A DNA stretch of 63,546 bases, filler included, from 6 parts of 6 records of this genome joined end to end with filler, not necessarily neighbours in it; one strand, 5' to 3'. Numbered from the whole stretch's first letter, positions 38,804 to 49,316 are shown. Notes: generated by a model not told the origin, from the sequence alone. A program made the numbers and translations.

Positions 38804-40267
38804 TTGATCCTCAAGAATACAAATATCCTTTATTTCTCAATTTTGTTTTTAGCTCTTTTTCTAGAGTTTAAAGCCAATAGTTGCTATGCAGAGCAGGTTG
38901 ATACCACTTTTGCACCCAAAAGTACAGGAACTCCAGATAGCGTCAGAGTGAATAACATTTTCATAGTAGGAAATGAAAAAACGAAGAAAAGTGTAATCCT
39001 CAGAGAGTTAGATTTTATTACAGACTTCTATTATGATTGGAATACTTTTTTGGAAATCCTCATTGCCGATCAAAAGAAAATATATAACCTCAGACTTTTC
39101 ACCTCAGTAGAAATCACTCCACTCTTGACAGGAGATGACGAGGCTGAAATCCTCATTACGGTCAAAGAACGCTGGTATATACTTCCTCAAGTTATTTTTC
39201 AACTTGCGGACAGAAACTTTTCCGAATGGTGGACTAATCAAAACCGGGATTTCTCAAGGGTAAATTATGGCCTTAGACTAAGTCATAGCAATGTGGGTGG
39301 GAGAAATGAAAAAATGAAATTTGCGGGTCAACTTGGCTTTACCAAAGCCTTAGATCTGCAATACAGCAAACCCTATATAGATAAGAATCAAAAGCATGGA
39401 CTTGCTGCTCAGCTTACATTTAAGGAGAATAAAACCATCCCAATTAGGTCTGCCTTCAATAAGCAAGTTTTTTATAGCAATGAAAACGAAGACATTATTA
39501 AAAAAAGCTTCGCCGCAGCCCTAAGGTATACATATAGAAGAAGTTATTACAACTACCACTTCCTTACTTTGGGGTATAGCGGCACCTGGGTCAGCGATGA
39601 TGTTTTGATAGAAAACCCAAACTATTTCCAGTCTGCTGACAATAAACTACGCTATTTATTTGCTACCTATACCTTTCGACATGATCGAAGAGATAATGTT
39701 TCTTATGCTACAGACGGGGAATTACTGGAGCTATCCATTACCAAATACGGCATAATATACACCGAGGAGCTTGACGAAGTGGAAGTAAACCTAACAGCCA
39801 ATAAGTATTTCAAAATTTCGGACAAGTTTCATTTTAATACTGGATTGACAGCTGATTGGTTTCTAAGTACAAACCAACCCTATACTTTAGTGAGAGGGAT
39901 AGGATATAACCCAAACTTCGTTAGGGGATATGAACTAAATGTAATCGAAGGACAACAGCTGTATGTCCACAAAAACAGCTTTCGATGGAAATTCATTGAT
40001 TGGGAAATTGACATTTCGAATATGATACCATTGGAGCAATTCAATACCATCCCTATCCGACTCTACCTTAGTGCGAATTTTGATCATGGCTTTGTGAAGG
40101 ATAGAAATAATATTCCTGAAAACGCTAGACTGGCGAATAAATACCTCATGGGGTATGGGACAGGAATTGATCTTATTGGCTTTTACGATTCTGTATTTCG
40201 GTTTGAATACTCTCTGAACAATAGCGGAGAAGGCAACTTCTTTTTTAACTTTTCTACCCCCTTCTAG
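38804..40267 (+). CDS. Omp85/BamA-TamA family outer-membrane protein with a single POTRA domain
   Basis: POTRA motif IFIVGNEKTKKSVILREL...NLRLF...VKERWY; VRGYE loop; C-terminal FNFSTPF. Confidence 0.82.
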   Translation: MILKNTNILYFSILFLALFLEFKANSCYAEQVDTTFAPKSTGTPDSVRVNNIFIVGNEKTKKSVILRELDFITDFYYDWNTFLEILIADQKKIYNLRLFTSVEITPLLTGDDEAEILITVKERWYILPQVIFQLADRNFSEWWTNQNRDFSRVNYGLRLSHSNVGGRNEKMKFAGQLGFTKALDLQYSKPYIDKNQKHGLAAQLTFKENKTIPIRSAFNKQVFYSNENEDIIKKSFAAALRYTYRRSYYNYHFLTLGYSGTWVSDDVLIENPNYFQSADNKLRYLFATYTFRHDRRDNVSYATDGELLELSITKYGIIYTEELDEVEVNLTANKYFKISDKFHFNTGLTADWFLSTNQPYTLVRGIGYNPNFVRGYELNVIEGQQLYVHKNSFRWKFIDWEIDISNMIPLEQFNTIPIRLYLSANFDHGFVKDRNNIPENARLANKYLMGYGTGIDLIGFYDSVFRFEYSLNNSGEGNFFFNFSTPF

Positions 40268-40351
40268 TTCCAGCATTAAAAAAAAATCTAAGGACATGAA
40301 TTGATTATCAAGTTTTTAACTAAATTAGTTAAGGCTTTTTTCAATCTATTT

Positions 40352-41170
40352 ATGAAGCAAAGGATTTTTTTCTGCTTCCTGTTTTGTCTGACTTTTTTTG
40401 CAAAAGCGCAAACAGACCCGCTTACACAAGTGCATGGTGCTAGAAGCCAGGGCATGGGTAACCTTCGTGTACATGGAATGGATACATGGAGCTATTTCAA
40501 TAACCCTGGAGGACTGGCAAAATTGGAAACTTCAGTAGTTTCAGCTGGATACGATAGCAGATTTGGTTTGAAAGAACTCAGCTCCGTAGATCTCGTTGGT
40601 GCTTGGAAAATCAAATCTGGAACTTTAGGGTTTGGGCTTTCCAGATATGGCGGAAAGCTATTCAATCAACAATCTCTTGGTTTAGCTTTTGCAAATCAAT
40701 TGGGAATTGTAAGTGTGGGAGGAAAATTAGAATGGTTTCAAACTCAAATTGAAGGATTTGGATCGGGTAGCAGCTTAATTTTTAGTTTGGGTGGTATGGC
40801 TGACCTAAGTCCTAACTTTTCTGTTGGGGCGAGCATTTCAAATCTCAGCCGATCCAAACTCTCAAAAGACTCGGAAACAAGGCTTCCAACTGGCGTGAGT
40901 TTAGGAATATCCTACACCCCTATTTCACAACTTCAAATTCAACTGGAAATAGAAAAAGATATTCAGATCAAGCCAATCCTAAAAACCGGCATTGAATATG
41001 GAATCAGAGATTGGATATTTCTCAGAACTGGGATCAACAGCCATCCAAGCAGACTATTTTTTGGTTTGGGCCTGAAATCCAACAGGATGAAATTGGATTA
41101 TGCTTTTGGTCAAAACCAGGCTTTGGGAAGTACAAATCATTTGAGTTTGGCTTTTGCTTTTAAAAACTAA
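40352..41170 (+). CDS. PorV/PorQ/FadL-like outer-membrane beta-barrel protein
   Basis: Signal peptide; plug motif GARSQGMG...NNPGGLA; C-terminal DYAF...LG.TNHLSLAF. ATG 40352 preferred as start. Confidence 0.65.
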   Translation: MKQRIFFCFLFCLTFFAKAQTDPLTQVHGARSQGMGNLRVHGMDTWSYFNNPGGLAKLETSVVSAGYDSRFGLKELSSVDLVGAWKIKSGTLGFGLSRYGGKLFNQQSLGLAFANQLGIVSVGGKLEWFQTQIEGFGSGSSLIFSLGGMADLSPNFSVGASISNLSRSKLSKDSETRLPTGVSLGISYTPISQLQIQLEIEKDIQIKPILKTGIEYGIRDWIFLRTGINSHPSRLFFGLGLKSNRMKLDYAFGQNQALGSTNHLSLAFAFKN

Positions 41171-43272
41171 TGAAGGCCGCCATTCTATTCTTAGGTATCA
41201 CAAGTTTACTTTTCTTTGAAGCAAAAGCTCAGCAGCCACCGCACAAAGAGATAGATTTGGAGTCATTTATAGAGCGACTATTCCCGGTTCAAGATGAAGA
41301 CCTAGACTACGAATCTATTTATGACGTGCTATTGCAGCTTTATTTGAACCCGATGGATATCAACCGTGCGAACGCTGAAGTCTTAGCCTCTAGCTATTTA
41401 CTTGACCCCAACCAAATCAGCAATTTGATTGCCTATAGAGACAAATTTGGGCCATTGGTTTCACTCTATGAACTTCAAGCAATTCAGGGATTCGATCTAA
41501 AAACAATAGAGCAAATTCTCCCATTCTTAACTATGGGAACAGGAACTTCCAATCAGACTCAAGGCTTTTGGAAACGAGTTTTGAATGAAGAGCAATCCTA
41601 TTTCTTAGTACGGCATCGTAGGACTTGGGAAACCCGCAAAGGATTTACTCCGGCAGATACCAGCTCTACTGGAAAGATTTCATCCCGATATTTGGGGGAT
41701 CCCAATGAATTATATCTGAGATTTAGGATTCAGCACACACGAGATTTTAGCTTGGGTTTTACATTGGACAAAGATCCCGGAGAATCATTCACTTGGGATA
41801 CCAAAACAGCGCGAATTGGCTTTAATTTTTTCTCTTTTCACTTCACCAAATATTATGTGGGCAAATGGAAAACTATCGCATTGGGGGATTTTCAAGCTCA
41901 ATTTGGTCAAGGCCTAGTTTTTGGAGCCGGATACTCATTGGGAAAAGGTGCAGAAACTGTACCGACAGTACGCAGGAGTAGCGTGGGGATCTTACCTTAT
42001 ACCGCAGCATTAGAATTTGGATTCTTTCGAGGTGCTGGATTAACCTACCAACACAAAAACTGGCAAAGTAGCCTGATCTCGTCCTATGCTCCACGGGATG
42101 GCCGAGCAGCAAGCTCTCTAGATACGCTCAGTTCCGAGGATTTAACCATCAATTCTTTCAACCAAAGTGGTCTGCACCGGACATCCAGCGAGCTCAGTAC
42201 CAAAAATCAATTTCGGGAATTAAGCCTTGGTGGCAACATTCAATATACATCCACCACTGGAAAGTTGCAGCTTGGCTCAAACTACCTATTTACACGGTTC
42301 AACCACCCTTGGATTAAAGAACCTACGCTATATAATCAATTTGATTTTGCTGGAAGGAGCAATAGCGTTGGTAGTCTCTACCTGAGCTATAACTGGAAAA
42401 ACTTCTTTCTTTTTGGTGAATCTGCAGTTTCTCAATCCGGTGGAAGAGGAAACGTAATTGGATTTATTTCCAGCTTAAGTAAGCAGGTGGACTTTTCAAT
42501 ATTATGGAGAAAGTACGACTCAAATTTCCATAGTTTTTATGCAAATGCTTTTGCTGAAAGTACCCGACCAGTCAATGAGCAAGGAGTTTACTTAGGAATC
42601 CAAATCAAGCCAATTTCCAAATGGAAAATCAATGCCTATTACGAATACTTCAGATTCCCGTGGTTGAGATATCGTGTATATGCTCCTTCCAAAGGCTACG
42701 AATGGCTCGCAAGAATTAGTTTCCAACCGAACCGCAACCTCACAGCTTTCTTCCAAATCAGAGAAGAACAAAAAGATCGAAATTTGTCAGATTCTGGGGA
42801 ACCTTCGCTCCCCTACCAGATCCGACCATTAAATAAAATAAATGGCCTTCTCAGCTTGGAATATCAAGTCAGCAAAGCCTTCTTTTTTCGATCAAGAATC
42901 CTTTTTAGCCGGGTGAATTTTAATGGTCAAAAATCCTCTGGGTTTATGATTCTTCAAGATGCTCAATACAGCTTTAACAAATTCAGACTGACTGGAAGAG
43001 TAGCTTTATTCGATACTGATGACTATGACACCAGACTTTATGCCTTTGAAAACAATGTATTGTGGACTTTCTCAATCCCAGCTTTTTCCGGTCAAGGTAT
43101 GCGCACTTATTTAGTAGCTCAATATCAAATCAACTCGCAGATTACAGCCTATTTTAGAATCTCCAGAACAGCATATACTGACCGGGAGACGATCAGTTCG
43201 GGGCTTCAGGAAATCGATGGATCAAGACAAACTGAAACCACATTACTGATTCGCTACATGCTCCATCGCTAA
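41170..43272 (+). CDS. ComEA-like helix-hairpin-helix domain fused to a large predicted beta-barrel
   Basis: ComEA HhH motif NPMDINRA...LIAYRDKFGPLVSLYELQAIQGFD, followed by ~550 aa rich in aromatic amphipathic strands; TAATG coupling with the upstream gene. Confidence 0.78.
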   Translation: MKAAILFLGITSLLFFEAKAQQPPHKEIDLESFIERLFPVQDEDLDYESIYDVLLQLYLNPMDINRANAEVLASSYLLDPNQISNLIAYRDKFGPLVSLYELQAIQGFDLKTIEQILPFLTMGTGTSNQTQGFWKRVLNEEQSYFLVRHRRTWETRKGFTPADTSSTGKISSRYLGDPNELYLRFRIQHTRDFSLGFTLDKDPGESFTWDTKTARIGFNFFSFHFTKYYVGKWKTIALGDFQAQFGQGLVFGAGYSLGKGAETVPTVRRSSVGILPYTAALEFGFFRGAGLTYQHKNWQSSLISSYAPRDGRAASSLDTLSSEDLTINSFNQSGLHRTSSELSTKNQFRELSLGGNIQYTSTTGKLQLGSNYLFTRFNHPWIKEPTLYNQFDFAGRSNSVGSLYLSYNWKNFFLFGESAVSQSGGRGNVIGFISSLSKQVDFSILWRKYDSNFHSFYANAFAESTRPVNEQGVYLGIQIKPISKWKINAYYEYFRFPWLRYRVYAPSKGYEWLARISFQPNRNLTAFFQIREEQKDRNLSDSGEPSLPYQIRPLNKINGLLSLEYQVSKAFFFRSRILFSRVNFNGQKSSGFMILQDAQYSFNKFRLTGRVALFDTDDYDTRLYAFENNVLWTFSIPAFSGQGMRTYLVAQYQINSQITAYFRISRTAYTDRETISSGLQEIDGSRQTETTLLIRYMLHR

Positions 43273-43337
43273 ATTTCCATCAATGGTATTAAGAAGAATC
43301 TGCATTTTTAATAATTTGAACACAAACTACCACCTGT

Positions 43338-45764
43338 ATGAAAAAACATCTACTATTTATTCTAATTACCGTCTTTTCATTGAATCTTGGTTTTGCTCAG
43401 AGCCTAGATTTGAGCAAAATGACAAAAAAAGACGGATTCATTCCTTTTTATATAGATGAAGAAAAAGGTAAAATCTATCTTGAAATTGACAAACTTGAAT
43501 GGGAATTCCTATATGTAAACTCCCTGACAGCCGGTATTGGCTCTAACGATATCGGGCTGGATCGTGGTCAACTAGGAGACACTAGGATTGTCGAATTCAG
43601 AAAGTCTGGAAATAAACTTTTTATGGTTCACAAGAACTATGATTTCAGAGCTTACTCTGACAACCCTGCCGAGGTGCAATCCATTAGAGATGCCTTTGCA
43701 GAATCTATAATATGGGGATTTGAGATCGCTCAGAAAGATGGAGACAAGCTGATCGTCGATGCTACAAATTTCTACCTGCAAGACACGCATGGGGTAGCAG
43801 AAACCTTGAGTAGAAGTCGCCAGGGCTCTTTCCGTCCAGATGCTAGCAGATCTGGGTTGTACTATCCAATGACAAAAAATTTCCCTCAAAATACCGAGGT
43901 GGAAATGACAATTACACTAACTGGACAAGCCACTGGTAGCAACCTAAGGTCTGTGACTCCGAGTCCTGATGCAGTAACAGTGCGGCAGCGACACTCATTT
44001 ATTGAGCTTCCTGATGATAACTATCAGCCGCGTGAATTTGACCCTAGAGCTGGCTTTGGAAGCATTTCTTACATGGATTTCACTACACCGATCTCCGAGC
44101 CTATTATGAAAAAATTCATAGCAAGGCACCGGCTGGAAAAGAAGGACCCAACTGCTGCAAAGTCTGAGGCTGTAGAGCCAATTGTCTATTACCTTGATCG
44201 CGGCACTCCTGAGCCGGTAGCGTCAGCATTGATAGAAGGAGGAAACTGGTGGAATCAAGCCTTCGAGGCAGCAGGGTTTATCGATGCATTTCGAGTGGAA
44301 CTAGCACCGGAAGGCATGGACTTAATGGATGTTCGATACAATGTAATTCAGTGGGTTCACCGATCCACGCGGGGCTGGTCCTACGGAGCCAGTGTACGTG
44401 ACCCACGTACTGGAGAGATTTTAAAGGGTCATGTTTCACTTGGTTCACTGCGAGTGAGACAGGATTATTTGATTGCACAAGGACTTTTGCAGCCATTTGA
44501 AGATGGGGCTCCAGCCAATCCTGAAATGCTAGAGCTTGCAGTTGCCAGATTAAAGCAGCTGTCTGCTCATGAGATCGGCCACACAATCGGTTTGGCACAC
44601 AGCTATGCTACTTCCGCTGACAATCGCTCTTCCGTAATGGATTATCCTTATCCATTGATTACTGAGACAGCAAATGGAGAGCTGGATCTGAGCAATGCTT
44701 ATGATGACAAAATCGGCGATTGGGATAAGTGGGCTATTAAATATGGGTATGCTGTCACTCCTGCAGGTCAGGATGAAGCTACATTTCTTAAGAAAACATT
44801 AGAAGACACCTATGAGGCTGGGCATCAATTCATCACAGATTCCGACTCCCGGAATCCAAGTGGAGCACACCCAACCTCGCACCTTTGGGACAACGGTTCA
44901 TCTGCTTCTGACGAATTAATGAGAATGCTGAAATTGAGAGAAAATCGTATGAAAAGCTTTGGCTTAAATGCCATTCCTGAAGGTCAGCCTACAGCACTTT
45001 TGGAGGAAGTATTCGTACCTCTTTATTTGATGCACAGATTCCAGATTGAAGCCACAAGTAAGCTTCTGGGTGGTGTGGACTATCGATACAAGGTGAAAGG
45101 CGACAACCAGCCAACTCATGGTTGGGTAAATTCTGCGCAGCAAAAAGAGGCTCTGGAAGCTCTACTAGTCAATATTTCCCCAGAGCACCTTCGGGTGCCG
45201 GATCATATTTTGAAATTAATCCCTCCTAGACCGTTTGGTTATGGAAGAAATAGAGAGACGTTCGTTTCACGAGTGAGCCCAATCTTCGATCCTATTGCTC
45301 CAGCAGAAACCATCGTTGATTTGACATTTTCTTTCTTGCTAGATGGAGCTAGAGTAAACCGCGTTTATCTACAACATTTACAGCAAAGTAATCTTTTTGG
45401 GCTTAACGATATGTTGACAAGTATTGAGAAGCAGGTTTTCAATAACTACACAGCCGAAGACATTAACCTTGAGATAATCCTAATGACTCAAGCAAAATAT
45501 GTAGATCATTTGATTGTTTTAGCTAAAAATGCGGATGTCTCCAATACCATCAGAGCAATCGCCAGAGGGAGGTTAAGGGAGCTTACTGCTAATGGTCGGC
45601 TATTATTAGGGGCAAATCCTAGAGCCCAGCACCAAGCTTACTTAGCCGAAAAAATAACTGCATTTCTAGACCTACCGGAAGAACTTGTTCCTCAAGAAAC
45701 CTTGAAAGCTCCAGATGGCTCTCCTATTGGTATGTCAGAAATGAGTTGTGATTTTGAATACTAA
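43338..45764 (+). CDS. Zinc-dependent metalloprotease (DUF5117/DUF4953 met-zincin type)
   Basis: Signal peptide; PR.FDPRAG, WNQAFEAAGF, DPRTGEILKG, zinc motif AHEIGHTIGLAHS and Met-turn SVMDY. Confidence 0.9.
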   Translation: MKKHLLFILITVFSLNLGFAQSLDLSKMTKKDGFIPFYIDEEKGKIYLEIDKLEWEFLYVNSLTAGIGSNDIGLDRGQLGDTRIVEFRKSGNKLFMVHKNYDFRAYSDNPAEVQSIRDAFAESIIWGFEIAQKDGDKLIVDATNFYLQDTHGVAETLSRSRQGSFRPDASRSGLYYPMTKNFPQNTEVEMTITLTGQATGSNLRSVTPSPDAVTVRQRHSFIELPDDNYQPREFDPRAGFGSISYMDFTTPISEPIMKKFIARHRLEKKDPTAAKSEAVEPIVYYLDRGTPEPVASALIEGGNWWNQAFEAAGFIDAFRVELAPEGMDLMDVRYNVIQWVHRSTRGWSYGASVRDPRTGEILKGHVSLGSLRVRQDYLIAQGLLQPFEDGAPANPEMLELAVARLKQLSAHEIGHTIGLAHSYATSADNRSSVMDYPYPLITETANGELDLSNAYDDKIGDWDKWAIKYGYAVTPAGQDEATFLKKTLEDTYEAGHQFITDSDSRNPSGAHPTSHLWDNGSSASDELMRMLKLRENRMKSFGLNAIPEGQPTALLEEVFVPLYLMHRFQIEATSKLLGGVDYRYKVKGDNQPTHGWVNSAQQKEALEALLVNISPEHLRVPDHILKLIPPRPFGYGRNRETFVSRVSPIFDPIAPAETIVDLTFSFLLDGARVNRVYLQHLQQSNLFGLNDMLTSIEKQVFNNYTAEDINLEIILMTQAKYVDHLIVLAKNADVSNTIRAIARGRLRELTANGRLLLGANPRAQHQAYLAEKITAFLDLPEELVPQETLKAPDGSPIGMSEMSCDFEY

Positions 45765-45787
45765 TTTTCCCATGAAACAAATTTCCC

Positions 45788-45816
45788 ATAAAAGCCGACA
45801 TCATGTCGGCTTTTAT
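45788..45816. terminator. Bidirectional intrinsic terminator
   Basis: Perfect inverted repeat ATAAAAGCCGACAT-C-ATGTCGGCTTTTAT. Confidence 0.85.
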
Positions 45817-45880
45817 TGTAATAAAGCATTGAACACGAGATAGATAAAGATTATATTGGAATTTTAAAACTGATATTTTT

Positions 45881-47257
45881 ATGGGAGAATCTAAAAAGAG
45901 GTGTTTTGTTGTGATGGGTTTTGGTACCAAAACCGATTATGTAAGTGGGAGAAAGCTAGATCTAAATAAGTCCTATAAATACCTTATCAAACCTGTAGTT
46001 GAATCCAAAGGGATTGAATGTGTGAGGGCAGATGAAATTTTACACTCCGGCTCCATAGATGTGCAAATGTACAAGGAGCTCTTAATGGCAGACTTAGTCA
46101 TTGCTGATCTTTCTACCGCCAACAGTAATGCAATCTATGAACTCGGGATCAGGCATGCTTTGCGTCCATATACCACAATTGTCGTTGCTGAAGATAAACT
46201 TACTTATCCTTTTGATTTAAATCACATCCTAATTAACAGCTACAACCATCTCGGTGATGCCATTGATATTGAAGAGGCGGAACGGTTTAAAGAAGGACTG
46301 GGAAAGCAAATAGATGCTGTAATCAACAAAGAAGAGTCCGATAGTCCCGTTTACACCTATTTAAATTCTTTGATCCCTCCTAAAATAAAAGAAGCATTGG
46401 ATGAAACTGTTGAAAAGGTAAAAAACACTGAAGTACAACCTACTGAGACAGGAAAGGCATTATCCAAGATTATCCAAGATGCGGAAGATTTGATCGAGCA
46501 AAAAGATTTTGATAAAGCGAAACTTCTCTTTCAAACTGCAATAGTCCTGGCCAACATGAATAATTCACAGCCAGACACGTATTTGACACATAGATTGGCA
46601 TTTACAACTTATAAGGCCGCCAAACCTGACTTAATCAGTTCCCTATATGAATCAATGAGGCTTCTTCAATCAATCAATTTAGCTCATACTAACGACCCAG
46701 AAACCGTATCCTTGGCTGGTGCAATTGAAAAGAAATTATATGAAAATGGAGAAGGCGAAAACCACTTAGATGAGGCTCTCCTATACTTTTTGAGGAGTTA
46801 TTACACTTTAAATAATAGATACAATGGAATAAATCTAGCTCTTACTTATGTCTACAGAGCAAATTCTGGACTTGCTACAAGCAAAAATGAAAAAATCACT
46901 GACTTGGTGATGGCGAAAAGAACCTGGTCTAGAATTCTCTATCTATGTGATCGCGATTGGCCAATAGTATTAGCAAAAGAACAAAATGATGCGGTAAATT
47001 TGAATGCAAACACCAAAGAATCCCAAGAATTACAAGATTACTACAATACTCAAAAATTCTGGATATCTGTAAACCGGGCCGAGGCCTATTTTGGACTAGG
47101 CCAATTTGAAAACTATCAGAAAAACAAAGAGCTTGCAAAAAATATCCCTCATCCTACTTGGATGTGGGAAAGCTTTACCGAGCAAATAGGTAAATTAGCT
47201 GTTGGATTGACCAAAGCAGGTCATTTTATGGAACCTTCTTGGAAAGCCCCTGTTTAG
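45881..47257 (+). CDS. ASK1/MAP3K5-like protein: N-terminal nucleoside-deoxyribosyltransferase/deoxyribohydrolase-like (DRHyd) domain plus DUF4071 (MAP3K TRAF-binding) TPR region
   Basis: N-domain CFVVMGFG, C.RADE, ADLVIADLSTANSNAIYELGIRHALRP, PFDL and DSPVY; TPR part DPETVSLAGAIEKK, YNGINLA and W...NRAEAYFGLG. Confidence 0.8.
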   Translation: MGESKKRCFVVMGFGTKTDYVSGRKLDLNKSYKYLIKPVVESKGIECVRADEILHSGSIDVQMYKELLMADLVIADLSTANSNAIYELGIRHALRPYTTIVVAEDKLTYPFDLNHILINSYNHLGDAIDIEEAERFKEGLGKQIDAVINKEESDSPVYTYLNSLIPPKIKEALDETVEKVKNTEVQPTETGKALSKIIQDAEDLIEQKDFDKAKLLFQTAIVLANMNNSQPDTYLTHRLAFTTYKAAKPDLISSLYESMRLLQSINLAHTNDPETVSLAGAIEKKLYENGEGENHLDEALLYFLRSYYTLNNRYNGINLALTYVYRANSGLATSKNEKITDLVMAKRTWSRILYLCDRDWPIVLAKEQNDAVNLNANTKESQELQDYYNTQKFWISVNRAEAYFGLGQFENYQKNKELAKNIPHPTWMWESFTEQIGKLAVGLTKAGHFMEPSWKAPV

Positions 47258-47279
47258 ATAGCCAAACTATTTTAGATTT

Positions 47280-49316
47280 ATGAATAACCCTTTATTGGCA
47301 ACTTTTGCCACCCCATTTGATACCGCTCCTTTTGATCAAATCACTCCAAAACACTTTCTCCCAGCTATAAAATCAGCAATCGCTGAAGCAAAAGAAGATA
47401 TTTCAAAGATTAAAGCGGAAGCATTACCAAACTTTGAAAATACGATTGAAGCTCTTGATGGCTCCGGTAAGCGTCTGGGTATTATTGCTGGTATATTTTT
47501 CAACCTAAATTCAGCTGAAACCAATGAAGAAATTCAATCCTTAGCTCGGGAAATCTCTCCACTTCTAACCGAACATGGAAACGATATTTTACTTGATCAA
47601 GCACTTTTTCAGCGCGTAGCACAGGTTTTTGAGCAAAAGGACGGGTTGAAATTATCTCCTGAGCAAGTGACTTTGTTAGATAAAACTTATAAATCCTTCG
47701 TGAGAAATGGTGCTAAGCTAAAGGGAGAAAAAGCCGATCAATTAAGAAAAATTGATCAGGAATTAGCTCAAAACTCCTTGAAGTTTGGTGAAAACGTACT
47801 GGCTGAGACAAACAAATATGTTCATATAGTAGATCAGGAATCTGATCTGGAAGGTCTGCCAGAAGGAATCAAGGAGGCTGCTGCACAAATAGCTGAAGAA
47901 AAAGGCGAGCCTGGCAAATGGGCATTTACGCTGGACTATCCAAGCTATATCCCTGCAATGACCTATGCAAAAAACAGAGCTTTACGAGAAACGCTCTTTA
48001 TGGCAAATGGGACGAAATGTGCCAAAGGCGATGAACTGGATAATCAGGAAATCATTAAGAAAATCTTGAAGCTTCGACATGATAGAGCTGTACTTTTAGG
48101 TTATAAAAGCCATGCTGATTTCGTACTAGAGGAGCGAATGGCAAAAAGCCCAAGTCAAGTCATTTCATTTTTGGATTCATTATTGGAAAAAGCCAAACCT
48201 AAAGGCAAAGCAGAAATTAAAGAGTTGGAAGCTTTTGCCAAGGAACTTGATGGCCTTGAAGAGTTGAAGAAATGGGATTTCGCCTATTATTCCGAGCTTT
48301 TGAAAAAAGAAAAATACTCACTTGATGATGAGCTTTTAAGACCATATTTCCAATTAGAGAAAGTAATTGATGGGGTATTTCAAACTGCCGAGAAACTTTT
48401 TGGAATAACGTTCACCCCGAGAACCGACATACCAGTTTACCATAAAGACGTTACAGCTTATGAAGTGACAGACAAGGAAGGAAAATACCTTTCGGTCTTT
48501 TATGCAGACTTCTTCCCACGTCCAGGTAAAAGAAACGGCGCTTGGATGACTAGCTATAAGGGACAAAGTATAAAGGAGGGTCAGGATATTCGTCCACATG
48601 TTTCTATTGTCTGCAACTTTACCAAACCAACTAAGTCAAAACCTAGTTTATTGACATTCAATGAAGTGACTACCCTTTTCCATGAATTTGGACATGCGCT
48701 TCACGGCATGATGGCCAAAGGAAGCTATGAATCGCTTTCCGGTACGAGTGTATTTTGGGACTTTGTAGAATTACCTTCTCAGATTTTCGAAAACTGGTGT
48801 TATGAAAAAGAATGTTTGGACCAATTTGCGAAGCATTATGAAACTGGAGAAAAGATCCCAGAAGATCTAATTGAGAAAATCAAAAAGGCTTCAAACTTCC
48901 AGCAGGGCTATCAGACGTTAAGGCAAATTAGCTTTGGACTTCTAGACATGGCCTATCATAGTAAGGATCCGAGTGAGATCACAAGCATTCGAGACTTTGA
49001 GGAACAAGTGATGAAGCCTACCGACTTACTTCCTAAGGTGCCAGGAACTTTGATGAGCACATCATTTTCTCACATTTTCCAAGGCGGATATTCTTCTGGG
49101 TATTATAGCTACAAATGGGCAGAAGTACTTGATGCAGATGCGTTTGAATTGTTTCAGGAGAAAGGTGTATTTGACAAGGCTACGGCAGATTCTTTTGTAA
49201 AAAACATATTGTCTGCCGGAGGTAGTGAGCATCCGTCTGTTCTCTACAAGAGATTCCGTGGAAGAGAACCAAAACAAGATGCCTTGTTGAAAAGGGCAGG
49301 ATTGATTTCAGAATAA
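47280..49316 (+). CDS. dcp: M3 family metallopeptidase (peptidyl-dipeptidase Dcp-like)
   Basis: MNNPLL, GKRNGAWM, TLFHEFGHALH, DFVELPSQ and FSHIFQGGYSSGYYSYKWAEVLDADAF. Confidence 0.9.
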   Translation: MNNPLLATFATPFDTAPFDQITPKHFLPAIKSAIAEAKEDISKIKAEALPNFENTIEALDGSGKRLGIIAGIFFNLNSAETNEEIQSLAREISPLLTEHGNDILLDQALFQRVAQVFEQKDGLKLSPEQVTLLDKTYKSFVRNGAKLKGEKADQLRKIDQELAQNSLKFGENVLAETNKYVHIVDQESDLEGLPEGIKEAAAQIAEEKGEPGKWAFTLDYPSYIPAMTYAKNRALRETLFMANGTKCAKGDELDNQEIIKKILKLRHDRAVLLGYKSHADFVLEERMAKSPSQVISFLDSLLEKAKPKGKAEIKELEAFAKELDGLEELKKWDFAYYSELLKKEKYSLDDELLRPYFQLEKVIDGVFQTAEKLFGITFTPRTDIPVYHKDVTAYEVTDKEGKYLSVFYADFFPRPGKRNGAWMTSYKGQSIKEGQDIRPHVSIVCNFTKPTKSKPSLLTFNEVTTLFHEFGHALHGMMAKGSYESLSGTSVFWDFVELPSQIFENWCYEKECLDQFAKHYETGEKIPEDLIEKIKKASNFQQGYQTLRQISFGLLDMAYHSKDPSEITSIRDFEEQVMKPTDLLPKVPGTLMSTSFSHIFQGGYSSGYYSYKWAEVLDADAFELFQEKGVFDKATADSFVKNILSAGGSEHPSVLYKRFRGREPKQDALLKRAGLISE

